Source of the DNA: Opitutales bacterium
Lineage (GTDB): Bacteria; Verrucomicrobiota; Verrucomicrobiia; Opitutales; UBA953
Direction of reading: 5' to 3'
Assembly (NCBI GenBank): GCA_044232865.1
Contig: JBIILC010000001.1
Location: forward strand, 11,652 to 75,651
DNA length: 64,000 bases
Below are positions 8,019 through 17,070 of the stretch, in pieces. Position 1 is the stretch's first letter. Each line of letters begins with the position of its first letter. Made by a program: the position numbers and the translations under genes. A model generated the notes under the pieces. It searched no databases. It worked only from the letters and a program-made list of their open reading frames with translations, and had not been told where the DNA came from.

Positions 8019-8885
8019 ATGCTGACAGCAGAATGTCTCTATTCTAAGCCCATGCTAAAGATCTCCGCCCAACTGAACGACGAGGAATTCCTCGGTACCG
8101 CCGAGGACCTGGCCGCCTTTGTCTCAGATAAACTCGCCTCCCTGGGGTTCGGCGATCGCCACCGCTCGACGGAGCGACTGGTGCGCTTCTACGCCTATGA
8201 AGGTCTGCTCTCCAAGCCCGAGCGAGCCCCCGACGACCGCCGCAAGGCCAACTTCGGCCCCCTGCAGGTCCGGCAGCTCCTCCTAGCGCGCCTCTTAGCC
8301 GAACGTGGCTGGGATCTCGACCGTATCCGCACGCTACTCCACGAGAACCGTATCATCGCCCAGCTGAACAAGCTCATCGACGAATTAGCCACGCCCACCG
8401 AGGCGGAAAAGCTCTTCTTCCGGACGCGCGGCAGCGACGTCGACACGCTTTCTGAGCCCTCCGCTCCCCGCTCTTACCGGCCGGACCGCAGCCTCTCGCC
8501 CGTTCTCTTCTCGGCCCGCGACAGCGAAACGCCGGATTCGTCGTCACCTAAGTTCCGCCGTAAGACCAGCTACTCGACCGTCCAACAACTCAGACAGATC
8601 GCCGATAGCGAAGAAAGCCCCGCCGAAGCCCTCCGCCTGATGATAAAAAAAGAGATGGCGCGCGACGACCTCTCCCCGGCCGCCCGCAATCTCTTCGAAC
8701 AGCTCCTGGCCTTCAACCCGACCACCCGCGGGGATGAACCCAAGACGGAAAGGTGGACCAAACTTCGCTTGGCGCATTGGTGCGAGGCCCACTTCAATAT
8801 CGACAGTCGGATTACACCCACAAGGGAGGAACTGCAGGGAATCGTGGACAATTTTAGCAAAGCGTTAATGAACAAGTACTTATAA
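8019..8885 (+). CDS. MerR-like HTH protein with an uncharacterised C-terminal region
   Basis: STERLVRFYAYEGLLSKPER...FGPLQVRQLLLARLLAERGWDLDRIRTLL resembles the MerR wHTH plus dimerisation-helix pattern. The remaining ~170 aa is unrecognisable. An alternative start is ATG 8052. Confidence 0.45.
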   Translation: MLTAECLYSKPMLKISAQLNDEEFLGTAEDLAAFVSDKLASLGFGDRHRSTERLVRFYAYEGLLSKPERAPDDRRKANFGPLQVRQLLLARLLAERGWDLDRIRTLLHENRIIAQLNKLIDELATPTEAEKLFFRTRGSDVDTLSEPSAPRSYRPDRSLSPVLFSARDSETPDSSSPKFRRKTSYSTVQQLRQIADSEESPAEALRLMIKKEMARDDLSPAARNLFEQLLAFNPTTRGDEPKTERWTKLRLAHWCEAHFNIDSRITPTREELQGIVDNFSKALMNKYL

Positions 8886-8962
8886 TTATGACAGTAACTT
8901 TTATGTGCTAATGACACAAAAGTATCTCTGTCGGTGTTGACATTATAAGGGAGTGGTCCAGA

Positions 8963-10351
8963 GTGGAGGAGATGATTCCTCCCATGAACCCACCCAAGAT
9001 CGAAATCCTGCCCCTGAAGAAGGGCTTCCTCCGCGCCGCAGCTGATGCGACGCATGTCCTCGTCCGTATCGTCGCCCCGGCCAAACCTGCGGACATCGCT
9101 GACACCCCCCGCGCGCCCCTCGACCTCTCCCTGGTCATCGACCGCTCCGGCTCCATGAGCGGCGGCCCGCTCGAAGCGGCCCTCGAAAGCGCGGCGCGTA
9201 TCGTCCGCGGCCTGCGTCCCGATGACCGCGTCGCCGTCGTGGCCTTCGATTCCACCATCGAAGTCGTCCAGCCTCTGACCCATGTCACCGACCGCGAAGC
9301 CATCGTCAACCGCATCAAGTCCATCGACGAACGAGGTTCGACGGATCTCTTCGGCGGATGGGAGGAAGGCGTGAAGCAGCTTGCACCCTTCACCCGCAAG
9401 GATCGCATCGCTCGCGTCATCCTACTCAGCGATGGCCAAGCCAATCAGGGCCTCGTCAACGAACAGGAGATTTTCGCCCGAGTCACCAAGGCCGCCGGCG
9501 CCGGCATCACGACCTCCACCGTCGGCCTCGGTCATGGCTTCAACGAATCGCTCATGACCGGAATGGCCAACGCCGGCGAAGGCGTTGCCAACTTCGGCCA
9601 GACGGCCGATGACCTCGACGAAGCCTTCGAAGAGCAGTTCGCCATCATCTCCAACTCGTTCCTGCGCCAGGTGAAGGTCAGCGTGCAGGGCGGCAGCGAC
9701 GTCCAGGCCCGTCTGGTCGGCGAAATCCTCGAAGAAGGCATCGCCCGTAGCCGCAAGCTCGGCACCCTACCCTGGAACGCCTCTCTCGTCGCGGTCTTGG
9801 AACTGAAGATTGGCGCCGGCGCCAAGGCCGACGCGCTCGCGGCGATTCATTTCGAGGCTCTGACCAAAGAAGGCGAGACCGTCAACTTCGGCCCCGAGCT
9901 GATCGCCCTGCCGGAAACCGACCTCGCGGCATTCTCCGTCCTTCCCGTCGACTCTTCCGTGGCAGCGGCGGTAGGCGAGGCAATCGTCTCGGAAAAGATT
10001 GAGTTCATCGAAGCCCTCGCACGCCAAGGCAAACTCGTCGAAGCGAAGAAGGAATTCGAAGAGCTGCTCAAACGGAGCGATCTTTCGGACTGGGCCAAGC
10101 AGAAGGTCGAGTACCTGAAGCAGCTGCTCGACGAAGACGCCATCATGGCAATCAAGGAGATGCGCTACGGCCGCACCCGCATGCTCCGTCAGTCGAAAGC
10201 CGCGATGATGCGCGACTTCGACACGCAATTCTGCGCGGCATCGGAAGACATGAAGGAGATCTACCTCCAAAAGAAGGTCGCCTCGGGCGTGGCCCGTAAG
10301 CCCAAGCCCCCGCAGGGCGGCACGGCGGGCGGCCAGGCCCCGCAGGCCTAA
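8963..10351 (+). CDS. von Willebrand factor type A (vWA) domain protein
   Basis: MIDAS motif LVIDRSGSMSG, then RGSTDL and ILLSDGQANQG, then a beta-rich middle region and a helical C-terminus. No signal peptide or TM segment. Start is ambiguous (GTG 8963, ATG 8972 or ATG 8984). Confidence 0.8.
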   Translation: MEEMIPPMNPPKIEILPLKKGFLRAAADATHVLVRIVAPAKPADIADTPRAPLDLSLVIDRSGSMSGGPLEAALESAARIVRGLRPDDRVAVVAFDSTIEVVQPLTHVTDREAIVNRIKSIDERGSTDLFGGWEEGVKQLAPFTRKDRIARVILLSDGQANQGLVNEQEIFARVTKAAGAGITTSTVGLGHGFNESLMTGMANAGEGVANFGQTADDLDEAFEEQFAIISNSFLRQVKVSVQGGSDVQARLVGEILEEGIARSRKLGTLPWNASLVAVLELKIGAGAKADALAAIHFEALTKEGETVNFGPELIALPETDLAAFSVLPVDSSVAAAVGEAIVSEKIEFIEALARQGKLVEAKKEFEELLKRSDLSDWAKQKVEYLKQLLDEDAIMAIKEMRYGRTRMLRQSKAAMMRDFDTQFCAASEDMKEIYLQKKVASGVARKPKPPQGGTAGGQAPQA

Positions 10352-10372
10352 GCGCCCCAAACGCATGATTTC

Positions 10373-10403
10373 GCCCGGTGGAAGCAATTCCACCGGGCTT
10401 TTT
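10373..10403 (+). terminator. intrinsic terminator after the vWA gene
   Basis: gcccggtgg-aagcaatt-ccaccgggc followed by ttttt. Confidence 0.75.
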
Positions 10404-10446
10404 GTTGCCCGGTCAAAGCCACGAGCCAAGATGAGTGCCCGTCCCT

Positions 10447-13400
10447 ATGTCCCGCGTTCTCCGCTTTACCCTCTGGAGCGTCGGCATCCTTGCCGTCGTC
10501 CTCGGAGCCACCCTTTTCTGGGTCGAATCCCAACTCCGCCCCGAACCGCTGGGCGCTCGCGTCAAAGAGCTGCTTGCCGACGCCAAGATCATAGGCGGTA
10601 TCGCCCGCATCGAAGCCTCCCTCGATGGAAAATTCTCCGCCGAAGGTATCGACCTCACCCTGCCCGATGGCACAAAAATCTCCGCCGCGGCCATCAAAGG
10701 CGAAGCGCAGATCATCTCGATCATCAAGGGTACCTACGCCCTCAGCAGCCTCGAGATCAAGACCCTCGACGTCGACCTAAGCGAGCGCAAGCCGGAGGCG
10801 AAGACTCCGGGCACCGGTTCCGTCGCCGCGACAAAGACAACCTTGCCGCCCGTTGTGCTCGGACCCTACGCCGTCTCTGGACGCGTCAAACTCGCGGATG
10901 GCACATTGCTCCGCTTCAGCGTCCGCGGCGATGAGTTCGACACCCGCGGCAAGGCCGACTTCCGCGCCGGCATCGCCTGGCCGGGCTTCGCCGTCGGCAA
11001 GCAGATGACTGACCCTCGCGGCGAAGTCACCTTGAAGGCTAATTTCAAGCGACCACTCGGCGCTGACGGCATCGGCCTCGACGACCTGATCGCCGATATC
11101 GGCAGCCTACGACTCGAACTCGCGGCCAAAGATGCGAGCCCCATCGCCGCTGGCTCCGTCGGCTTCGTCCTGGATGTAGCCAGCACCGCCGGCAAGCCCG
11201 GCGTTGATTTCACCGGCACGCTCAGCGATTCCGCCAACCGTCCTGCGGTGAAGCTCTCCGGCAACAACCTCGCTGGACGTACGACCGTCAATGCGCAACT
11301 AGACGTCGACCCCACCCGCTTCGGCATACTGAGCCAGCAGCTACCCGAAGTCCGCCTCTCAGGCAACGCCAACGGAGAAATCGAAGGCTCTCGGTGGCAG
11401 GCCAGCGCCGACCTCAAGGCGCTCTGGGCGGACCTGAGTAAATTCTCGAAGTCACTCGCGAAGAACAGTCGTTCCGAATGGAAGCTCGCCGCGAATGCGC
11501 AAAGCACCGATAGCGGCTTCGCCGTCAACAGCCTCGCGATCACCGGCAACGGCGTGACGATTGCCATCCCGCAAACGCTGACGTGGAAAGGCGGCCTGCT
11601 CCCTGAAAACGCCAACGACGCGACGGTGACCATCGCCGCCAACGACGCCGACCTGAAGGCGCTTAACCCTTTCCTCGCCGCCGCGGACATCATCGCAACG
11701 GCCGGACTCTGGACCGGCGAAGCCTCAATCTCCTTCAAGGACGGTAAGCCAGCCGTCACGAGCATCCGCACGCACAGCCTGCGCGGCGCCACGCTCGAAC
11801 GCGGCGGCAAGCCACTGATGCATGAGATTGATGCGGAGCTGCCTATCAAATCTGAAGATGGCGCGATCTCCCTCGCGCCGTTCAGCGTCGGCTGCGCCGC
11901 CGGTAATATCGCCACTGGCTCGCTCACGCTTCGTCCGGGTGCCGATGGCGCTTGGTCCGCCGTCGCCAACGTCAACGTCGGCATCGTCGAGCTCGCCTCT
12001 CAGCCCAATTGGGAAGACCTGCCCGTCGATAAGCTCAAGGGTATCCGCGTGAGCGCCCAGACCACCGTGAATCGCGCCGTCGGCAATTCGCCCGTCGTTA
12101 GCGCTGCGGAGGCACGCATCTTCCGCCAAGGCCTGAACCTGCTTTCCCTCAAGCTTCGCCAACCGCTCGCGCTCGACGGCTCCAAGCCCACTGGCGTGCT
12201 CGTGGAGGCCGCGGCCCGCGACCTGCCTCTCGAATCCCTCTCCGCGGTCGTCCCCGGACTCAAACTGACCGGCGACCTCAAACGCGCCGACCTTGTCGCC
12301 GGCTTCAGCCGCGAAGGGCTCTTCGTGCGCACGGAAGGCGCGCCGCTCTCCTTCACCCGTACCAGCGTCACCTGGACCGGCAAACTATGGGTCAAGGATT
12401 GCGACCTGGCCGCGAGCCTCGACCTTCTGGTCGGCGAGAAATCCACCCTCATCGGCTTCAACCAAGCGGAGCTGAAGAATCGTAGCCGCACACTAGCTTC
12501 GGGTGACATCAAACTCGGGCTGGGCGACGCTGGCACCACGCTGAAGCTCGAAGGCGACCTCGGTGCGCTCGCCGAGCAGCCATTCGCGGGGCCGCTGAAT
12601 ATCGTCACCGGCGGACAGTATCGCGCGACGGCCGACCGTGCTCAAAGCGGCGAGATCAACGTCGCCCTCCAAGTGAGCGAAGTCGGCCTCAAGCAAAGCG
12701 AAGGACGCATTAAGACGGCGGCCCTGAGCGGCAAATATGTGCCGGCCGCCAACGGCCTCGGCGCCGAAGGATCGTTCAAGCTCCAGGCGACGAACCTTAG
12801 CTCCGGCAAGTTCACGCTCACGCAGAAAATCACTGGAGCGAAGACCGACTGGCAGGCCGTCGTGGCCATCGATAATGTCGATGTCGACGACTTCCTCTCG
12901 CTCCTGCCCAAGGTCGAAGAGGATATTTCCGCTAACGGCGCACGTCCCAGGCCTGACCGAGCTCCCTTCTGGGCCAACCATAGCGGCTCGATCCAATTGA
13001 CGATCGGCACGGCGAAAGCCTACGGCATCAGCGCCGAGAAAGTCGTCGTCCGGGCGGAAGCCGAGGAAAAGGCTATCCGCCTGACGCAACTCAACGGCAA
13101 ACTCGCCGACGGCGTCCTCAGCGGCCGCGGCCAGCTCGCCTTCCAGCCGACGATCAGCAACGGGCCCTATTCGCTCTCGGCCACAGTGTCGCTCAACCAG
13201 TTCGATTTCGGTAGCGTCGCCCAAGCCTTCCCCGCGGTGAAAGATTTCCTCCAGGGGCGCGCAGATGCGACCGCGGGGCTCACGAGCATCTGCGGCACGC
13301 CCGGCGAACTCGTCGACAAACTTCAGGTCGACACCCAACTCACCTCCAAAGGCGGCCGCATCCGCCCCTTCGGCGATAAGAACAGCGGCATGTCGCTCTC

Positions 13401-14025
13401 AGCGAATAAGGCTGGTGATATCGGAGAAACGCTGGGCGGCCTCGCGATGCTCGCCGGCGCCCTCACGAAGAACCAACAGCAAGGCGAGAAGGTGGCCAAA
13501 ATCGGCGCCGCCATGAGCGCCGCTGGCAAGCTGCAGAAAGCCGTCGCGGACTTCCAATACACTTCCGCGACCATCAAGGCGTCCCGCCTCGCTTCGGGCA
13601 CAATCAAGCTCGAGGCGGCCGACATCCGCAATGAAGTGCTACACCTCGCCGCCAAGGGCGGCATCAACGTCGACCCCAAGCTGGGCTTCGCCGACTGGCC
13701 GATGGCCTTCACCACGCAGATGCGCGGCACCGGAGAATACGCCCAATACTTCCAGGCGCTGGGCTTCGGCACGGGTCCGTCGCCGGTCGACGGCTTCACC
13801 GAAGGACCCGGCGTCAGCGTCGGCGGAACTCTTAATCAAGTGAAGACCGACCTCGCCGAGAAACTCCAACAGGCGATCGACAACGTCCGCGCAAGCCAGT
13901 CCACGGCGCCTTCCAATCCGGGCACCCAGGCCGCCCCGGGCACCCAGACTGCTCCCGCCCCGACGACACCAAGCCCGAAGAAGCGGAGTCCCTTCGGCGA
14001 CCTACTCCAGGAACTCGGTCGCTGA
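10447..14025 (+). CDS. AsmA-like / TamB-like large envelope protein
   Basis: Single N-terminal TM helix (FTLWSVGILAVVLGATLFWV). About 1100 aa of beta-rich repetitive body with AsmA-type N-terminal (IEASLDGKFSAEGIDLTLPDG...LEIKTLDVDL) and C-terminal (LNGKLADGVLSGRGQLAF...LQGRADATAGL) patterns. Pro/Thr-rich tail. Confidence 0.65.
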   Translation: MSRVLRFTLWSVGILAVVLGATLFWVESQLRPEPLGARVKELLADAKIIGGIARIEASLDGKFSAEGIDLTLPDGTKISAAAIKGEAQIISIIKGTYALSSLEIKTLDVDLSERKPEAKTPGTGSVAATKTTLPPVVLGPYAVSGRVKLADGTLLRFSVRGDEFDTRGKADFRAGIAWPGFAVGKQMTDPRGEVTLKANFKRPLGADGIGLDDLIADIGSLRLELAAKDASPIAAGSVGFVLDVASTAGKPGVDFTGTLSDSANRPAVKLSGNNLAGRTTVNAQLDVDPTRFGILSQQLPEVRLSGNANGEIEGSRWQASADLKALWADLSKFSKSLAKNSRSEWKLAANAQSTDSGFAVNSLAITGNGVTIAIPQTLTWKGGLLPENANDATVTIAANDADLKALNPFLAAADIIATAGLWTGEASISFKDGKPAVTSIRTHSLRGATLERGGKPLMHEIDAELPIKSEDGAISLAPFSVGCAAGNIATGSLTLRPGADGAWSAVANVNVGIVELASQPNWEDLPVDKLKGIRVSAQTTVNRAVGNSPVVSAAEARIFRQGLNLLSLKLRQPLALDGSKPTGVLVEAAARDLPLESLSAVVPGLKLTGDLKRADLVAGFSREGLFVRTEGAPLSFTRTSVTWTGKLWVKDCDLAASLDLLVGEKSTLIGFNQAELKNRSRTLASGDIKLGLGDAGTTLKLEGDLGALAEQPFAGPLNIVTGGQYRATADRAQSGEINVALQVSEVGLKQSEGRIKTAALSGKYVPAANGLGAEGSFKLQATNLSSGKFTLTQKITGAKTDWQAVVAIDNVDVDDFLSLLPKVEEDISANGARPRPDRAPFWANHSGSIQLTIGTAKAYGISAEKVVVRAEAEEKAIRLTQLNGKLADGVLSGRGQLAFQPTISNGPYSLSATVSLNQFDFGSVAQAFPAVKDFLQGRADATAGLTSICGTPGELVDKLQVDTQLTSKGGRIRPFGDKNSGMSLSANKAGDIGETLGGLAMLAGALTKNQQQGEKVAKIGAAMSAAGKLQKAVADFQYTSATIKASRLASGTIKLEAADIRNEVLHLAAKGGINVDPKLGFADWPMAFTTQMRGTGEYAQYFQALGFGTGPSPVDGFTEGPGVSVGGTLNQVKTDLAEKLQQAIDNVRASQSTAPSNPGTQAAPGTQTAPAPTTPSPKKRSPFGDLLQELGR

Positions 14026-14966
14026 TGACGGCAACGAAGGCATGGGTGGCGGGCTGCGTCCTGCTGGCAGGCCTCGTTGTCCTTGCCCTTTCCGTCGGCA
14101 CCCAAGGCTTCGGCTGGGGTGACGGTGGCTCCCTCCTTCTCCTCCGCTCGCCTCGCGTGCTCGCGGCTCTCGCGGCCGGACTCGCCCTCGGCATCGGCGG
14201 CGCCGCGCAACAAGGCGTCTTCCGTAATCCGCTGGCCGATCCGGGGCTGACCGGCGTTTTCGGTGGCGCACTCTTCGGCATCGCCGTCCTGCTCGGACTC
14301 TTTCCAGAAGCGGCGTGGCAGCGCGCTTGGTTTATCCCCGCCGCCGCGTTCGGGGGCGCACTCGGCACCTCCGCCTTGCTCACGCTGATCGGCAGCGGGG
14401 GCTCCTCCTCCCGCCTGCTACTCACCGGCCTCGGCCTGAACGCCTTCACCGCAGCTGGCACCCTCGTCATCGCCTCCCGCAGCGGGGAGTCACGTGAACT
14501 ACTGACCAACGGCGCTTACGGCGACTGGCTGGGGATGGCCACGCTCGAACTCACCTGGCTGCCCGTACTCCTCTGCCTCGCGGCGGCGCTACTGCTGCTC
14601 CCACTCGCGCGCTCGCTGGATCTTCTGTCCTTTGGGGAAGACGCGGCTCGCGGCTTTGGGTGCGAGGTCGGTAGCGCTCGGCGCAAGGCCGTCCTCCTGA
14701 CGGCCTTGGCCGCCGCGGCCGCTACCTGCCTTGTGGGCCAGGTAGCCTTCATTGGTCTTCTGGCGCCTCATTTGGCCCGCGCCTTAGTCGGCCCCCGCCA
14801 TGCGCACGTCCTGCCCTTGTCGGCCCTTCTCGGCGCCGGCCTGCTCTTAGGAGCTGATACCATCGGTCGTGGCCTTTGGCCGCAGGCTCCGCTGTCCGCT
14901 GCGGCGGTGACTGCAATTCTCGGTGCACCTCTCTTTATCTGGATAGCAAGGGGGCGCCATGAGTGA
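14025..14966 (+). CDS. FecCD/BtuC-family ABC transporter permease
   Basis: LRSPRVLAALAAGLALGIGGAAQQGVFRNPLADPGLTGV..., FIGLLAPHLAR and ILGAPLFIWIA are collinear with BtuC/FecCD. ATG overlaps the upstream TGA by 1 nt. Confidence 0.85.
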   Translation: MTATKAWVAGCVLLAGLVVLALSVGTQGFGWGDGGSLLLLRSPRVLAALAAGLALGIGGAAQQGVFRNPLADPGLTGVFGGALFGIAVLLGLFPEAAWQRAWFIPAAAFGGALGTSALLTLIGSGGSSSRLLLTGLGLNAFTAAGTLVIASRSGESRELLTNGAYGDWLGMATLELTWLPVLLCLAAALLLLPLARSLDLLSFGEDAARGFGCEVGSARRKAVLLTALAAAAATCLVGQVAFIGLLAPHLARALVGPRHAHVLPLSALLGAGLLLGADTIGRGLWPQAPLSAAAVTAILGAPLFIWIARGRHE

Positions 14967-15666
14967 CGCCTTGATCCACGCGCTTGGACTCGGCGTCGAG
15001 ATCGGCGGCCGCCGCCTCATCGACGGCGTGTCCCTGTCCGCGGCCCGCGGGCAGGCCGTAGCGATTGTCGGACCCAATGGCGCCGGCAAGACGACGCTAC
15101 TGCGTGCCCTCGCTGGGCTGCTCCCCTCCGAAGGAGAACTAGATGTCGGCGGATATGATCCGCGGATTATCGATGCGGCAACCTGCGCCCAAACCCGCGC
15201 GTACTGCGCGCAGAAACCCGTCAGCGCGTGGGATTATCGCGTCAGCGACCTCGGCGATATCATCGGCGACCCCGTCGGCTACGCGGAGTGGCTGGCGAAG
15301 TTGCAACTCGGCGAATTCTCTGACCGCCGTTTGTCCGAGCTGTCCGGCGGCGAACAGAAAGGCGCGCACCTCGCGATGGCGTTCGCCGCACTCGCCGAGC
15401 CTTTCGGCGGAGCGCTGTTGCTCGATGAGCCCGCGGCGGCCCTTGATCTCGGCCGACAGGAAGCCGTTGCCCAGGCTATCCTTGCGTTTGCTCAAGCCGG
15501 CGGTGCCTGCGTCGTCGCCACACATGATCTCTCCTTTGCGAAGCGCTGCGACGGGGTTGTGGTGCTCTCGGAAGGCCGCCTCATCGCCGCCGGTGAACCC
15601 GCGTCGACCTTGACCCCCGAAATTATTTCCGGGGTCTGGGGCGTGTCGGCTTCGTCGGCACACTGA
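14959..15666 (+). CDS. ABC transporter ATP-binding protein (BtuD/FecE-like)
   Basis: Walker A GPNGAGKTT, signature LSGGEQKG, Walker B LLLDEPAAALD, H-loop ATHD. Start overlaps the permease stop by 8 nt (ATGAGTGA). Confidence 0.85.
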   Translation: MSDALIHALGLGVEIGGRRLIDGVSLSAARGQAVAIVGPNGAGKTTLLRALAGLLPSEGELDVGGYDPRIIDAATCAQTRAYCAQKPVSAWDYRVSDLGDIIGDPVGYAEWLAKLQLGEFSDRRLSELSGGEQKGAHLAMAFAALAEPFGGALLLDEPAAALDLGRQEAVAQAILAFAQAGGACVVATHDLSFAKRCDGVVVLSEGRLIAAGEPASTLTPEIISGVWGVSASSAH

Positions 15667-16549
15667 CTTCGGCACGCGTCAGCCGACCGTTGCGGATAGC
15701 GGAGAAAAGATACTGCTGCGCCAAACCGGCGGCCTCGCCGAAGTGCGCTTTTCCAAACTGCTCTAGCTGGGCGGGCTTCCATCCGTGCAGGCCATAGGCA
15801 TCGGCGAGCGCTTGTACGACCCAGGTATCGACCGGGAAACTTTCCAAGCGGCCGAAGCCGAAGAGCGCGACACAGGCGGCCACTTTCGGGCCGACTCCTG
15901 GTAGCGACTGTAATTCGTCTAGCAAGTCGGCGGTCGTGAGGGCCGCGAATTCTTCGGCCCAGCGCGGGCGGGCGAGCAGCTTCTTGGCGGTACCGCGAAG
16001 ATAAGCTGCGCGGTAACCCAGTGAGCATGCGCGCAGCACGGCATCATCCGCGCTAGCGATTGCCTGCCACGAAGGCAGCGCGTGAAAACCGCCGCCCAAA
16101 GGTTCGCCCAGTTTCGCGGCCAAGGCGGCGACCATGACGCGGATCTGCAGGATGCGCTTGTTCGAACTACAAAGGAAACCGATCAGCGCCTCGTGCGGAT
16201 TCTGGCGCAGGATGCGCAGCCCGGGATAGGCCGCTCGCGCGGACCGAAGCACGGAATCGGAACGCCACGGCAGCGTCTCGGAGAGTCGCGCCTGCGCGCC
16301 CTCGGCATCAAGATAATGCCGTAAAGCGCCCTCGGCGTGAGCCGCGCCTTTCTGGCCGCGCCACTCCAAGCCCTGCGGACCTGAGCGCACGGCGGCGAGC
16401 GTGCGGCCAAAGACGCCGACCCAGCTGCCGTCGGCGGCAAGCGACCAGCGGAAAGCCTGCCCGCCGTCCATCTGCTCGGCGAGTGTCTCGGCGGAAACAT
16501 CCTCGGCGAGCCGCAATGGTCGCCAAGATGTCCACTCCGCCGAGGCCAT
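15623..16549 (-). CDS. ogg: 8-oxoguanine DNA glycosylase (OGG1-type, HhH-GPD superfamily)
   Basis: N-terminal OGG_N-like GGQAFRW, then HhH-GPD LPGVGPKVAACVALFGFGRLESFPVDTWV with the Lys and Asp positions of OGG1. Confidence 0.75.
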   Translation of the reverse strand: MASAEWTSWRPLRLAEDVSAETLAEQMDGGQAFRWSLAADGSWVGVFGRTLAAVRSGPQGLEWRGQKGAAHAEGALRHYLDAEGAQARLSETLPWRSDSVLRSARAAYPGLRILRQNPHEALIGFLCSSNKRILQIRVMVAALAAKLGEPLGGGFHALPSWQAIASADDAVLRACSLGYRAAYLRGTAKKLLARPRWAEEFAALTTADLLDELQSLPGVGPKVAACVALFGFGRLESFPVDTWVVQALADAYGLHGWKPAQLEQFGKAHFGEAAGLAQQYLFSAIRNGRLTRAEVSVPTKPTRPRPRK

Positions 16550-16554
16550 CGGAC

Positions 16555-17070
16555 TTAGCGGCGCGCGAGGTCCGAAGGCGTGCCCCAGAGGAAGCTATGC
16601 TTCGAGGCGAGGAACTTACCCTTGGAGTCGACCACGGATACGCGCCAAGCGATCGGGCGCCACCTAGCCTCGCCAGACTGCTTACCGGTGAGGCCGATCA
16701 CGTATTCGCCGAACGGGAAGCCCGGCTTCAGGTTGACCGCAAAATCATAACGCTCAGGCGGCGTGTTTTCCTTACGCACCACTTCAAGGACGAGGCGACC
16801 GTCGGCCGGCGGCACGACGTCGAGCTTCACGAAGAAATAGTAACCCGGACGGGCATCCTCTTCCGTGCGGAAGACCACGTCGTCCCCATGGTGCTCCTTG
16901 GCATAGAATGCTTCCGAGGCGCGGGCCACATCGGCTTCGCTCCGGCGACGTTCGTTGACATAGGCGATGCCGGGCACCTCATCCGAGGACGCCACGGGGG
17001 TGTCGCAACCCGTGAGGAGCAGCGCAGCGAGCGCGGCCCACGCAGAGGCCTGGCTCACCGCTCGCCTCAC
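16555..17070 (-). CDS. hypothetical lipoprotein
   Basis: Lipobox AALLLTGC after a GTG start. No recognisable domain. Confidence 0.5.
   Translation of the reverse strand: MRRAVSQASAWAALAALLLTGCDTPVASSDEVPGIAYVNERRRSEADVARASEAFYAKEHHGDDVVFRTEEDARPGYYFFVKLDVVPPADGRLVLEVVRKENTPPERYDFAVNLKPGFPFGEYVIGLTGKQSGEARWRPIAWRVSVVDSKGKFLASKHSFLWGTPSDLARR

Noticed and set aside
10404-10446. Cobalamin riboswitch or Fur box controlling the BtuCD/FecCD-like genes
   Set aside because: The ABC genes are preceded directly by the 3.6-kb AsmA-like ORF. The 43 nt between the terminator and that ORF is far too short for a B12 riboswitch, and it shows no Fur-box-like AT-rich dyad.
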